Shown: positions 1 to 7,700 of the stretch, piece by piece
Layout: the number at the start of each line of letters is the position of its first letter
Numbering within the stretch: the first letter of the stretch is position 1
DNA from: Candidatus Saccharimonadales bacterium
GTDB taxonomy: Bacteria; Patescibacteriota; Saccharimonadia; Saccharimonadales; UBA4665
Direction of reading: 5' to 3'
Assembly: GCA_044228525.1 (NCBI GenBank)
Contig: JBGAUQ010000002.1
Location: forward strand, 168,367-232,366
Length of the DNA: 64,000 nt
Program-made: the position numbers and the translations under genes
The notes under the pieces: model-generated
Told to the model about the DNA's origin: nothing
Database searches by the model: none
What the model saw: only the letters and a program-made list of their open reading frames with translations

Positions 1-1
1 C

Positions 2-526
2 GGTCTCGTTGAGCAGTACGACATCACACCGGGGGGAAATAATCTAATTGTTAATGTATTTAAGCCGCCTGCTTTTTTCCCTATGTCGTGGGCAATCAAC
101 CATACCAAGAATACTTATTTTTATGGCGCTTTAACTGATGTTGAGCTGAAGCAAGCCAATGCTGACGAAACCGTGGTTTTTCTGAAAGCAAATCCTGACG
201 TCATGTTCGACCTTTTAAGTCGAGTATATAAGGGTACTGACGCTTTGCTAAGACGGTTGGTAGTGGCTACAAGTGGCGCGGCGGTCAGCCGCCTAATGTT
301 TGAATTATTGATAGAGGCTTACCGGTTTGGGGTTGAAATTGATAACAACACGGTGTTAATAAAGGTACGGCAAACTGCTTTAGCCGACCGGAGTGGACTA
401 GCTAGAGAAACAGTCAGTCGTGAATTACACAAGCTTGAACAGCAGGATCTGATAGGACTTAGTGGGCAAAGAATCACTATTGACACTAAAAAACTTGAGC
501 AAAAACTAGGACTTAATCACTTATAA
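2..526 (+). CDS. Crp/Fnr-family transcriptional regulator (5' end cut by window edge)
   Basis: The frame is open from nt 2: GLVEQYDITPGGNNLIVNVFKPPAFFP precedes the listed Met. That fits the end of a cNMP-binding beta-barrel. The C-terminal wHTH 'LARETVSRELHKLEQQDLI' matches the Crp/Fnr recognition-helix pattern. Confidence 0.7.
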   Translation, partial: GLVEQYDITPGGNNLIVNVFKPPAFFPMSWAINHTKNTYFYGALTDVELKQANADETVVFLKANPDVMFDLLSRVYKGTDALLRRLVVATSGAAVSRLMFELLIEAYRFGVEIDNNTVLIKVRQTALADRSGLARETVSRELHKLEQQDLIGLSGQRITIDTKKLEQKLGLNHL

Positions 527-622
527 ACACTTGGGTTTGATCCTTTTTTGTTACCGCCTGCACCTTGTGGAAGCAAGTAAAAAGAGCCGCATGCATCACG
601 GCCCTTTTAGATAACTTTGTGT

Positions 623-1198
623 TTATTGTAAGCTAATCTTTATACCTCCCGAGAACGCACTGTCGTGAAGTTCAGCAGTAGTTGGTGTCTTGTCTTTTGG
701 TAGATCGAAGACGAGGATGCCCGTCACGCTATTGCCTGGGTTGATCTGATTCAGGAAAGTACTTCCTTGTGGGTTCGCATACAGTGAAGCTGTGCCGTCG
801 GCAGAGAACTTGGCGTTTGCTGCATCATACAGATATTGGCTGGAGCTGTCGAAGGTTTGTGCTTCGTTACCTATATTCTTAACCGTCACGTTCACAAGGC
901 AGAACTGTCCCTGTGCCTGCTTGGTAAGGTATTCGTTAGTTCCGACTGATGCCTTGCCACATTCCATACTTGCTACGGTGAACTCGAATTTACCATCTCT
1001 GGCTACTTCGCCAACCTTAGCCATAGCTGGCTTACTATTGGTTTTGGCTGTGTCCGATCGTTTGTCACCACCGCTTGTTGTAGTGGTTGACTTGCTACCA
1101 TCTGCTGCACTGGCAATTATTCCTATAACAATGAAGGCACCTATTACAGTTAGTATTTTGTGTCTTTTAAACCAGTTTCCGGTTTTATCTTTTGACAT
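623..1198 (-). CDS. membrane-anchored DUF4352-like beta-sandwich protein
   Basis: N-terminal TM anchor (ILTVIGAFIVIGIIASAA) and an S/T-rich linker. Then 'FEFTV..MECGK...FCLVNVTVKNIGNEAQTFDSSSQYLYD...NPGNSVTGILVFDLPKD', the pattern I associate with DUF4352. A GGAGGG Shine-Dalgarno lies 7 nt upstream of the ATG. Confidence 0.6.
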   Translation of the reverse strand: MSKDKTGNWFKRHKILTVIGAFIVIGIIASAADGSKSTTTTSGGDKRSDTAKTNSKPAMAKVGEVARDGKFEFTVASMECGKASVGTNEYLTKQAQGQFCLVNVTVKNIGNEAQTFDSSSQYLYDAANAKFSADGTASLYANPQGSTFLNQINPGNSVTGILVFDLPKDKTPTTAELHDSAFSGGIKISLQ

Positions 1199-1200
1199 TT

Positions 1201-1241
1201 GACAGCCCTCCTTAGGCCTAAATTAGTTATTGGAGGCTGTC
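1201..1241 (-). promoter_or_regulatory. Shine-Dalgarno-sequestering hairpin in the leader of the DUF4352-like gene
   Basis: Minus-strand RNA reads GACAGCCUCC (1241-1232), a 20-nt loop, GGAGGGCUGUC (1211-1201), AA, AUG. The 3' arm contains the SD and the 5' arm is a CCUCC anti-SD. Confidence 0.35.
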
Positions 1242-1266
1242 TCTAGATATACAAAAGGACAGCCAC

Positions 1267-1387
1267 GCTAGACTGTCTAGGCCTCGAATAAGCGGTTAAG
1301 CCTACTCTTTTCACGTAGCTGCCCATTCTTATGGCTTAACCACGTGGAAAAACGTGTAACTCACTTATTCGAAACCTAGACTCTAGC
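1267..1387. repeat. long imperfect inverted repeat (cruciform or structured-RNA capable)
   Basis: The left arm is 1267-1302 (gctagactgtctaggcctcgaataagcggttaagcc). It pairs with the right arm 1333-1387 in blocks of 6+7+9+9 bp. There is a 2-nt bulge, a 2-nt mismatch and a 22-nt insertion in the right arm. The central loop is 30 nt. Confidence 0.5.
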
Positions 1388-1440
1388 ATTGTACCGCTAA
1401 CTAGTGTGCCAATGCTAGAGGTGGGGAGCATTTTGAGGCC

Positions 1441-2949
1441 CTATGATCGTTTCTTGTGCTCGTCTAAATATTTAATGGCATAGTACTCAACGGTTCTACC
1501 GTCACGAACGTTGCCAATTGCAAAAGATATCTCCCAACGAACATTCGTTTGAATGTAATTGAGCCCCATAGATATTGCATCGGCAAGATCGTCATATTTT
1601 TCAACCCCAAAGCCCACAAGTTGTTGCACTACTGGTGCTATATTGCGGTCTTTTGGAAAGTATACTTTTCCCATCTGAAACAGCGCACTAGCTAATTGCA
1701 AACGTGCTCGCTTATCCGTATGTACTCGAATACCTTTAGCTTTTAGGTCACGGTCACGCAACTGCTCTGTGACTGCTGCTTGGTATTGCACCTGTTCTAC
1801 CAGCACCATTGGTGTTTGCTTGCTACCTTGTGCCAAGTTCTGGTACATAACGGTAATTCGATCTAGTGTATCCATATGTGTTAGTTTGTCGTTTACATAC
1901 CTAACGTCAATGTAATACCGCCTATCCTCGGGCTTGAAACCGTACAGGTGAATTATGACCACAGCTGTTTTGTCGGCAGTAGCAGCCTGAGAGATAGCAA
2001 GGTCAACAGAAATAAACGAATTAATATACTCGTTGTCGCTGGTGCGAGCTGGTAACTCGCCGTAGTACTGTACCCAACGGGAATCTATCACCTGGTCTTC
2101 GTCAGGGATGATCCTAAGCATATATTCTCGCTCCCACGAGATTTTATTGCCAATTGACCTCCGAAGCTTATTGAGTGACGCCTTGTCAGGATACTTGCCA
2201 ATCCAAAGGCTTTTATTGCCTTTAGCTATTGGCCAAGCGTAGTACTTGCCGTCAATTTCATCATTGTCGATTCGCTCTTTAAGGCGCATTAGTAGCGAAT
2301 CCTCGTGGAGTAAATTACCGACAGCTATTCGTTTGGTATTGGTGTCGCCAGCAGGGATTATCTCGCTGGTGTACCAATCAAAAGTCTTGTTGCGGCCCTC
2401 TCGGGTTTTAACCGAAGCCATATCCTCAACGTCGTCAGCAATTATCAGGTCGGGGCGGTAGCGCCCATGACGGATGCCACGAACACTTTGCTCGGTAGAT
2501 ATCGCCGTAATGCGAGCGTTGAACTTTGGAATGTAGAGCGAGGTTGAACCCCATTCTTCACGCTGTTCGACAAATGGGCCTAAGTCATTTTTGAGTAGTT
2601 CATTGCTTTCTAGCTCACGCTTGATGTTAGTAAGGTGAACTCTGGCCTGGTACTGTGTTTGGCTGGCTATCAGCACAAACTTCTTTTGTTGTTTACCAAG
2701 TACTGCCCATATCGGGTAGGACATGGTCATTATTGTTGATTTACCAGAGCCACGGAAGGCCACCACTACGGATAGCGGATTCTCCTCATCCTCGGTAATC
2801 GCAAACAATGATTTATGCAGTTCCGCCGTTTGGCATGTCAGGTATGCCGCAAAGTAGGTCGAAAAGAACCATTCATGGCTCTCAGACGTTACTGCTGTTC
2901 TAAGTTTCCTATCTACAAATAGTTTGTCTTGTAATTCATCGTTATTCAT
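1441..2949 (-). CDS. phage terminase large subunit
   Basis: P-loop 'AFRGSGKST' and Walker B 'DLIIADDVED'. The C-terminal half has acidic nuclease-type motifs (ISVDLA..., TAVVIIH). Size is 502 aa, and the gene overlaps the small HTH gene upstream. Confidence 0.8.
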   Translation of the reverse strand: MNNDELQDKLFVDRKLRTAVTSESHEWFFSTYFAAYLTCQTAELHKSLFAITEDEENPLSVVVAFRGSGKSTIMTMSYPIWAVLGKQQKKFVLIASQTQYQARVHLTNIKRELESNELLKNDLGPFVEQREEWGSTSLYIPKFNARITAISTEQSVRGIRHGRYRPDLIIADDVEDMASVKTREGRNKTFDWYTSEIIPAGDTNTKRIAVGNLLHEDSLLMRLKERIDNDEIDGKYYAWPIAKGNKSLWIGKYPDKASLNKLRRSIGNKISWEREYMLRIIPDEDQVIDSRWVQYYGELPARTSDNEYINSFISVDLAISQAATADKTAVVIIHLYGFKPEDRRYYIDVRYVNDKLTHMDTLDRITVMYQNLAQGSKQTPMVLVEQVQYQAAVTEQLRDRDLKAKGIRVHTDKRARLQLASALFQMGKVYFPKDRNIAPVVQQLVGFGVEKYDDLADAISMGLNYIQTNVRWEISFAIGNVRDGRTVEYYAIKYLDEHKKRS

Positions 2950-3355
2950 CTTGTGTCTCCTTATTATTTTCGGTTGTTAATCCTGCTAATTTAAGGGCTT
3001 GCGCTACCAGTTCGGCTTGTTCTGGTGTTAATTCCTGCTGAACTGATTCAATCTTGGCGTCGAGTTCAATTCGGGTGCGATAGCTACGGTGATGGTGCTT
3101 AAGCCAGAACATTACCGCCGTCATGTTTTGATCTTTAATGGCACTAATAAGCTGTGACTCTGCTAGGTCATTTACGACACTAGAACTTTGCTCGATCGCT
3201 TCGTCGCAAGCTTCAGCAAAAGCTTCGTCGTCTTTCCGCCACCGGTAATAGGTGCTTCTTGGCACGTTAGCTTGGTTGCAGGCTGCTTCCACAATTGGCG
3301 TTTTAACTAACCGTAGGAGTAGTCGTTTCTTATCGGCTGTTTGATTGCGACTCAC
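2942..3355 (-). CDS. putative terminase small subunit / HTH DNA-binding protein
   Basis: N-terminal HTH 'VPRSTYYRWRKDDEAFAEA'. It is 137 aa and translationally coupled to TerL by an 8-nt overlap. Confidence 0.45.
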   Translation of the reverse strand: MSRNQTADKKRLLLRLVKTPIVEAACNQANVPRSTYYRWRKDDEAFAEACDEAIEQSSSVVNDLAESQLISAIKDQNMTAVMFWLKHHHRSYRTRIELDAKIESVQQELTPEQAELVAQALKLAGLTTENNKETQDE

Positions 3356-4092
3356 GATAGTTTCTCCCGTTCTAAGCCTGTTAATTGCTCCCAGCGAGTT
3401 GCAATAATCTCGCAGTACTCGGGATCAAGTTCAACAGTCAGGCATGTTCGACCAGTCTGTTCAGCGGCCATTAATGTACTACCGCTACCAGCAAAGCCAT
3501 CGAAGATCACACCAGCAACGCTAGAGCTATTCAGAATAAGTCGGCGAAGTAGTCCGACTGGCTTCATGGTCGGGTGTAGTTTGCTTTTATTGGGTCTTGG
3601 GTAGACGAGGATGCTCTTATCTTTGCTTTTAGCAAAGGCGTGAGTCCCGTACCAGCCGTAAAGAATCAGCTCATGCTGAGGTAAGTAGTCTAGCCGTCCG
3701 ATCACGGCGTGAGTTTTTGCCCATATGAGTAGTTGAGCAAATTTACCGCCAGTAGCTTTCAGTGCAGTGACTGTTGGTATCAACATCTTATCGGAGTTGA
3801 AAATGTAGATGGTATTCTTGCGATCTAAGTACGGTTTAACCGCTAACAGCCAGTCTTCGGTGAACTTCTGGTAGGCTGATTCATCAATAATGTTATCGTT
3901 GGCAATAACTTTGTCCGTTGCCAGTTTGGCAATACCACGTTTGCTCTCAACGTAAGAAATTCCGTACGGGGGGTCACAGAGAATCACGGCTATTTTGTCA
4001 TCACCAACTAGTCGTTTTACGAGTTCTTGGTCACTGGAACTGCCACAAGCTAAGCGGTGCCTACCTAGCTGATATATTTCGCCCGACTTCAT
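3352..4092 (-). CDS. DNA methyltransferase (N6-A/N4-C, beta-class motif order)
   Basis: Motif IV 'LCDPPYG' near the N-terminus and motif I 'FDGFAGSGSTLMAAEQTGR' near the C-terminus. Confidence 0.85.
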   Translation of the reverse strand: MKSGEIYQLGRHRLACGSSSDQELVKRLVGDDKIAVILCDPPYGISYVESKRGIAKLATDKVIANDNIIDESAYQKFTEDWLLAVKPYLDRKNTIYIFNSDKMLIPTVTALKATGGKFAQLLIWAKTHAVIGRLDYLPQHELILYGWYGTHAFAKSKDKSILVYPRPNKSKLHPTMKPVGLLRRLILNSSSVAGVIFDGFAGSGSTLMAAEQTGRTCLTVELDPEYCEIIATRWEQLTGLEREKLS

Positions 4093-5354
4093 AGCTTTAC
4101 CGCCTTTTCGCCAGTCATTGCTTCCCAGCGGTCAATAATGACTTGGCAGAACACAGGTTCAATTTCGCTAAGCAAAGCCACTCGCTTCATTTGCTCAGAG
4201 GCAATAAGCGTTGACCCAGAGCCACCGAATACATCAAGCACGACATCACCAACTTTCGTGCAACGCTTTAAGGGCTTTTCGTGGAGTGTGACTGGCTTTT
4301 GAGTCGGGTGTTGGTAATCTTGCCCAGCTTCTCGCTTAGCAAGCCAGATGTCGAAGAGGTCGACTATGTCATCAATACTGCGGTTACCCGAAGCCACGTC
4401 CTTATTGAGAATTTCAGTCAGATTTCTACTGCTGTCAGCTAAATACGGTGTACCTCTTGTTGCGTAAACGCATGGCTCGTAGGCTTTATTGAAAGCAACT
4501 TGTGGCACCACGTTAAAGCCGTTCTTGATCCATAGACAAACTCGTCTATTCTTCAAACTATGTTCGGTCATTAAGGCTTGCAGTAGCCCAATATATGTCT
4601 GGTCGCAGTACATGAATATATGGGCGTTGACCTCTAGGGTTGGTAGCGAGGCTACAAGGATGTTGCCCAAGAAGCTTGAATACTCGACTTCGCTTTTATT
4701 GTCATTTGTTTTTCCGCCATAACCAGCCTTTAGCCCAACACCTTTGTCGTAGTCGAGTCCAATGTTGTAGACGGGATCACTATAGAACATGGTTGGCTTA
4801 CTGTCTCCAACCAGTCTTTTGATAATTGCTGGGTCTGCGGAATCGCCACAAATCAGACGATGTTTGCCCAGCTGAAAAAGATCGCCTAGCTGAATGGTCG
4901 TTTCGGCTGCTTTTTTGACAGCTTTCTCTTGGTCAAAATCGTCGTCATCGGTTTCTAGCGCTTCGTTCCAGATGTCGCCGAGGTCGCTGTCATCAAAGCC
5001 GACGTCGAGTAGCTCGCTAATATCGAAGTTTTTAAGAAGTTCTAGGTCGAATTCACCAGTGTTGCGGTTCAGGCGAAGGTTTAAAGCGCGTTCATGCTTC
5101 TCATCGAGGTCAATAAAGACAACTGGTACTTTTGTGTAGCCGAGATGTAGCGCCGCTTTCAGCCTTTGATGTCCCCCTATGAGGTTTCCATATCTCTCGG
5201 GTTTAGAGTTTACTACTAATGGCTCGACAAACGAGTATTGCCGAAGGCTCTCGACCAGTTGGGCAAAATCTTCGTCTGAAATCTTGCGAGGGTTGTAGGG
5301 AGAGGGCTTTATCTCATTTATGTTGATTTGTTGAACAATTAGTTTGTCTGGCAT
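4089..5354 (-). CDS. ParB-like nuclease domain fused to a DNA methyltransferase
   Basis: ParB N-terminal domain (INEIKPSPYNPRKI...GGHQRLKAALHLG). Then an MTase with the variant motif IV 'YSDPVYN' and motif I 'FGGSGSTLIASEQ'. I prefer the ATG at 5354 because GAAAGGA lies upstream. The listed ORF start at 5399 has no SD. Confidence 0.8.
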   Translation of the reverse strand: MPDKLIVQQININEIKPSPYNPRKISDEDFAQLVESLRQYSFVEPLVVNSKPERYGNLIGGHQRLKAALHLGYTKVPVVFIDLDEKHERALNLRLNRNTGEFDLELLKNFDISELLDVGFDDSDLGDIWNEALETDDDDFDQEKAVKKAAETTIQLGDLFQLGKHRLICGDSADPAIIKRLVGDSKPTMFYSDPVYNIGLDYDKGVGLKAGYGGKTNDNKSEVEYSSFLGNILVASLPTLEVNAHIFMYCDQTYIGLLQALMTEHSLKNRRVCLWIKNGFNVVPQVAFNKAYEPCVYATRGTPYLADSSRNLTEILNKDVASGNRSIDDIVDLFDIWLAKREAGQDYQHPTQKPVTLHEKPLKRCTKVGDVVLDVFGGSGSTLIASEQMKRVALLSEIEPVFCQVIIDRWEAMTGEKAVKL

Positions 5355-5436
5355 AACTTTTCCTTTCGTTATGCCTGTAATTAAAAAGAATCCTGCCATG
5401 TTACGGGAGGACTCTTAAGGGTCTCTACTACTGTTT

Positions 5437-6033
5437 CTAAACTGCTACTATGCCATTTAAGGCGATGCCCTCGGTTCTGACTAGCGTGTAGTCTAGCTCA
5501 TATCCCTCTTGCTTAAGCTTGTACTTCAAATCTTTAAATGCCTTAATGCGATCACCAGCACCAATATGACTTTCTATATCTTCATAGGTCACGACCTCCG
5601 AAATGTTCATAAGAAGCCTATGCAGAAACCTGCCAGTGCGTGATGTACGTGAATGAAGTCTGAAAATAGTTGTGCTACCAAATATAAAATACCCATAAGG
5701 ATTTACGACTGCCTGTAGATACCTATCCTTCGGTTTGTGCTGCTCGGCTGGGGGAGTTACATATATAATAGGCTTCCAACTCAAGGTAGCTAGCAACGGC
5801 TGTACCAGGTTTGCCATAGCTAAACTTAAGGCCTCCATAGTTTTCTTGAAATATTCACTAATCATTTTTAGTGCTTGACGCAATGGCGTTACGTATACGT
5901 CGACTACTTGCTGTGCCATTTTTTGGATGGTTTTTAGTGATTCAGATACCGGCGACATATCCGGAATAATTGGTACTACTAATGCGATCTTAAACTGACT
6001 CGCCACGATTGCTGGTTCGGCAGGGGCACCCAT
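5437..6033 (-). CDS. hypothetical protein, possible C-terminal winged-helix domain
   Basis: A 198-aa ORF inside the operon. The C-terminal ~90 aa (FRLHSRTSRTGRFLHRLLMNISEVVTYEDIESHIG...YELDYTLVRTEGIALNG) resembles an OmpR-type wHTH layout. The similarity is weak. Confidence 0.4.
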   Translation of the reverse strand: MGAPAEPAIVASQFKIALVVPIIPDMSPVSESLKTIQKMAQQVVDVYVTPLRQALKMISEYFKKTMEALSLAMANLVQPLLATLSWKPIIYVTPPAEQHKPKDRYLQAVVNPYGYFIFGSTTIFRLHSRTSRTGRFLHRLLMNISEVVTYEDIESHIGAGDRIKAFKDLKYKLKQEGYELDYTLVRTEGIALNGIVAV

Positions 6034-6039
6034 TACTAG

Positions 6040-6378
6040 CTAAACCTTCCTGCTGACTAGGCAGTAATCAGTTGTTAATTTATCGCCTTTTTCTCTATTG
6101 TTTTGCCACTGTAAGGCTTGTAAATTACCGAGGACATCTGTTCCACCGCGTGCGACGGGATTGATATGATCAATCTCCCAGCCATTACCATTTTCTACGG
6201 TTTTACCATACTCATTCCAAGCAATTAGAGCACCACAGCTATCCATGCGCATAGTACCAGGGTCAAAACCATTTACAGCGCTGGCTTTTTGCCACACGGC
6301 TAGCTTGTCTGAATCTGTAAATCCTCGTCCGCCACTTGTTGTGCCGTAGTTTCTAGTGGAAGGTAAGTTAGGGTACAT
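6040..6378 (-). CDS. HNH endonuclease
   Basis: 'GWEIDHINPVARGGTDVLGNLQALQWQNNREKGD' is a canonical H-N-H core. HNH next to a terminase is a known phage packaging arrangement. Confidence 0.8.
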   Translation of the reverse strand: MYPNLPSTRNYGTTSGGRGFTDSDKLAVWQKASAVNGFDPGTMRMDSCGALIAWNEYGKTVENGNGWEIDHINPVARGGTDVLGNLQALQWQNNREKGDKLTTDYCLVSRKV

Positions 6379-6380
6379 TG

Positions 6381-6518
6381 CTAACCTCGCTTGCCGACTT
6401 TCGCTGGTTTAGCGACAGTCTCTTTTACTGTTGTATTTGGGTGCACCTTAGCATAGCTGGGCTTTACGTACTGTCCAGACTTTGCGCTTCGATACTTTGG
6501 TGTTGGTTGTGTTACCAT
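6381..6518 (-). CDS. small basic protein (45 aa), not in the supplied ORF track
   Basis: ATG at 6518 is preceded by AAGGAGG with a 5-nt spacer. Translation: MVTQPTPKYRSAKSGQYVKPSYAKVHPNTTVKETVAKPAKVGKRG. The TAG stop lies 2 nt before the HNH ATG. The listed + strand ORF 6378..6572 is its antisense shadow. Confidence 0.5.
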   Translation of the reverse strand: MVTQPTPKYRSAKSGQYVKPSYAKVHPNTTVKETVAKPAKVGKRG

Positions 6519-6599
6519 TGTGGCCTCCTTCTGTTTCGGATATACCCTCCGAAGGTGTTAATAAGTTTGTAATTACTATTTTATCAAAACGATAAATCT

Positions 6600-6627
6600 T
6601 TGTAAAGTATTTTGTGTATGTTAATAT
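6600..6627 (+). promoter_or_regulatory. candidate sigma70-type promoter for the XRE gene
   Basis: TTGTAA (6600-6605), a 16-nt spacer, then TAATAT (6622-6627). The ATG at 6634 lies about 7 nt after the -10 box, which would give a leaderless mRNA. A TTATC-N5-GATAA palindrome sits at 6581-6595. Confidence 0.3.
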
Positions 6628-6633
6628 ATCAAT

Positions 6634-6996
6634 ATGATAAACAACCTAGAAAAAAGCCCTTCGACAATAGGGCAACGTATAAAAGCTGCTCGTGAAAAAG
6701 CCGGGTTATCACAAACTCAGTTGGCTGAACTGCTCGGATACAATACGCCGACAGCAATATCACTCATAGAATCAGATGAGCGTAGTGTTAAGGTAGAGAC
6801 ATTAAAAAAAATTGCTGATGTATTACACCAAGATGTCACGTATATTGCTACGGGGAAAAAGAGCGAGCCGACTGTAAAAACGGCCTTGAGAGCTGATGAT
6901 AACTTTGACGCCAGTGATGTAAAACAGATCGAGTCTTTTATAGATTACCTAATGGCTCAAAAAGAGAAGAAAGATGGACGAGGAAAATCAGAGTAA
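6634..6996 (+). CDS. XRE-family HTH transcriptional regulator
   Basis: 'IGQRIKAAREKAGLSQTQLAELLGYNTPTAISLIESDERSVKVETLKKIADVL' is a typical HTH_3 (Cro/CI) domain. Confidence 0.85.
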   Translation: MINNLEKSPSTIGQRIKAAREKAGLSQTQLAELLGYNTPTAISLIESDERSVKVETLKKIADVLHQDVTYIATGKKSEPTVKTALRADDNFDASDVKQIESFIDYLMAQKEKKDGRGKSE

Positions 6997-7492
6997 GGGC
7001 CCCGACCTTGCCAATGCGCGTCATTCGGCAAAGGCATTATTAAAGTCTGCTAAAATCACCTCGACTCCAATAACAATTAAACAAATCATGCCTTTTGTAA
7101 GGGAGACCTTCGACGTAACAGTTGAAGGGTTAGATGATGCTGCATTTAAGGGCAAGGGTGATGCCATGACTCAGACTCGAGGTGACTATGTTTTTATCAT
7201 CTACAATAAATCAAAACCCGAAGTAAGAAAGCGTTTTTCAGTCGCTCACGAGATTGGTCATTTATATCGTGGTCACCTACACGGGAACTCAAGTATAGAT
7301 TTGAATAGTGAAAATTACGACGAAATGGAAGCAAATACATTTGCCGCCCACTTACTGATGCCGCCAGACTTGCTCCGTAAAGATATCAAAGCTGGGATAA
7401 AGAACCCAGAAGAACTAGCAAATAAATATAACGTGAGTCTCGATGCGCTATGGGTGCAGTTACGTAGTACGAACTTATTTAAGATTCTCTAA
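6974..7492 (+). CDS. ImmA/IrrE-family zinc metallopeptidase
   Basis: HEXXH motif 'AHEIGHLYRGH' followed by 'EANTFAAHLLMP'. It overlaps the 3' end of the XRE gene, the usual ImmR/ImmA-type pairing. Confidence 0.85.
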   Translation: MDEENQSKGPDLANARHSAKALLKSAKITSTPITIKQIMPFVRETFDVTVEGLDDAAFKGKGDAMTQTRGDYVFIIYNKSKPEVRKRFSVAHEIGHLYRGHLHGNSSIDLNSENYDEMEANTFAAHLLMPPDLLRKDIKAGIKNPEELANKYNVSLDALWVQLRSTNLFKIL

Positions 7493-7700
7493 ACCTCCAA
7501 GTAATAATCTTTTGAACCCTTTCTCATATGTAACAATGGGACTCCACTTCTCATCGGGGCAATCAACTATACCGGCAAATTCACACATCCACGGTTGATG
7601 AGGGGGGTATAATCTCGTCCCAACTAATAGTGCTTTCATTGACAATAGTAACATTCTCGCCGAAAGCCAAAGTAAATAAGTCTCTGCTAATTTTCATCGG

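Larger units (their letters stand above)
1441..7492. mobile_element. degenerate prophage-like module (lysogeny switch, DNA modification, HNH/terminase packaging genes; no structural genes or integrase)
   Basis: A divergent XRE+ImmA pair faces a seven-gene minus-strand operon: small ORF, HNH, wHTH-like, ParB-MTase, MTase, TerS-like, TerL. The last four are linked by 4-8 nt overlaps. No portal, capsid, tail or integrase ORF follows. Confidence 0.55.

Noticed and set aside
792-1202. 136-aa plus-strand ORF
   Set aside because: It lies entirely antisense to the DUF4352-like gene, which has a clear domain pattern, a TM anchor and a Shine-Dalgarno. The ORF itself has a low-complexity L/S/P-rich translation and no RBS.
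6378-6572. 64-aa Cys/Leu/Trp-rich plus-strand ORF upstream of the XRE gene
   Set aside because: It is the antisense shadow of the 45-aa minus-strand ORF, which has a near-perfect AAGGAGG ribosome-binding site and operon coupling to HNH. The plus-strand ORF has neither.
1441-7492. Reading the methyltransferase and HNH genes as a restriction-modification or defence system
   Set aside because: The HNH protein is the small ~110-aa type typically paired with phage terminases. The genes form one overlapping operon with TerS/TerL, and no large nuclease, helicase or specificity subunit is present. A phage packaging and anti-restriction context fits better.
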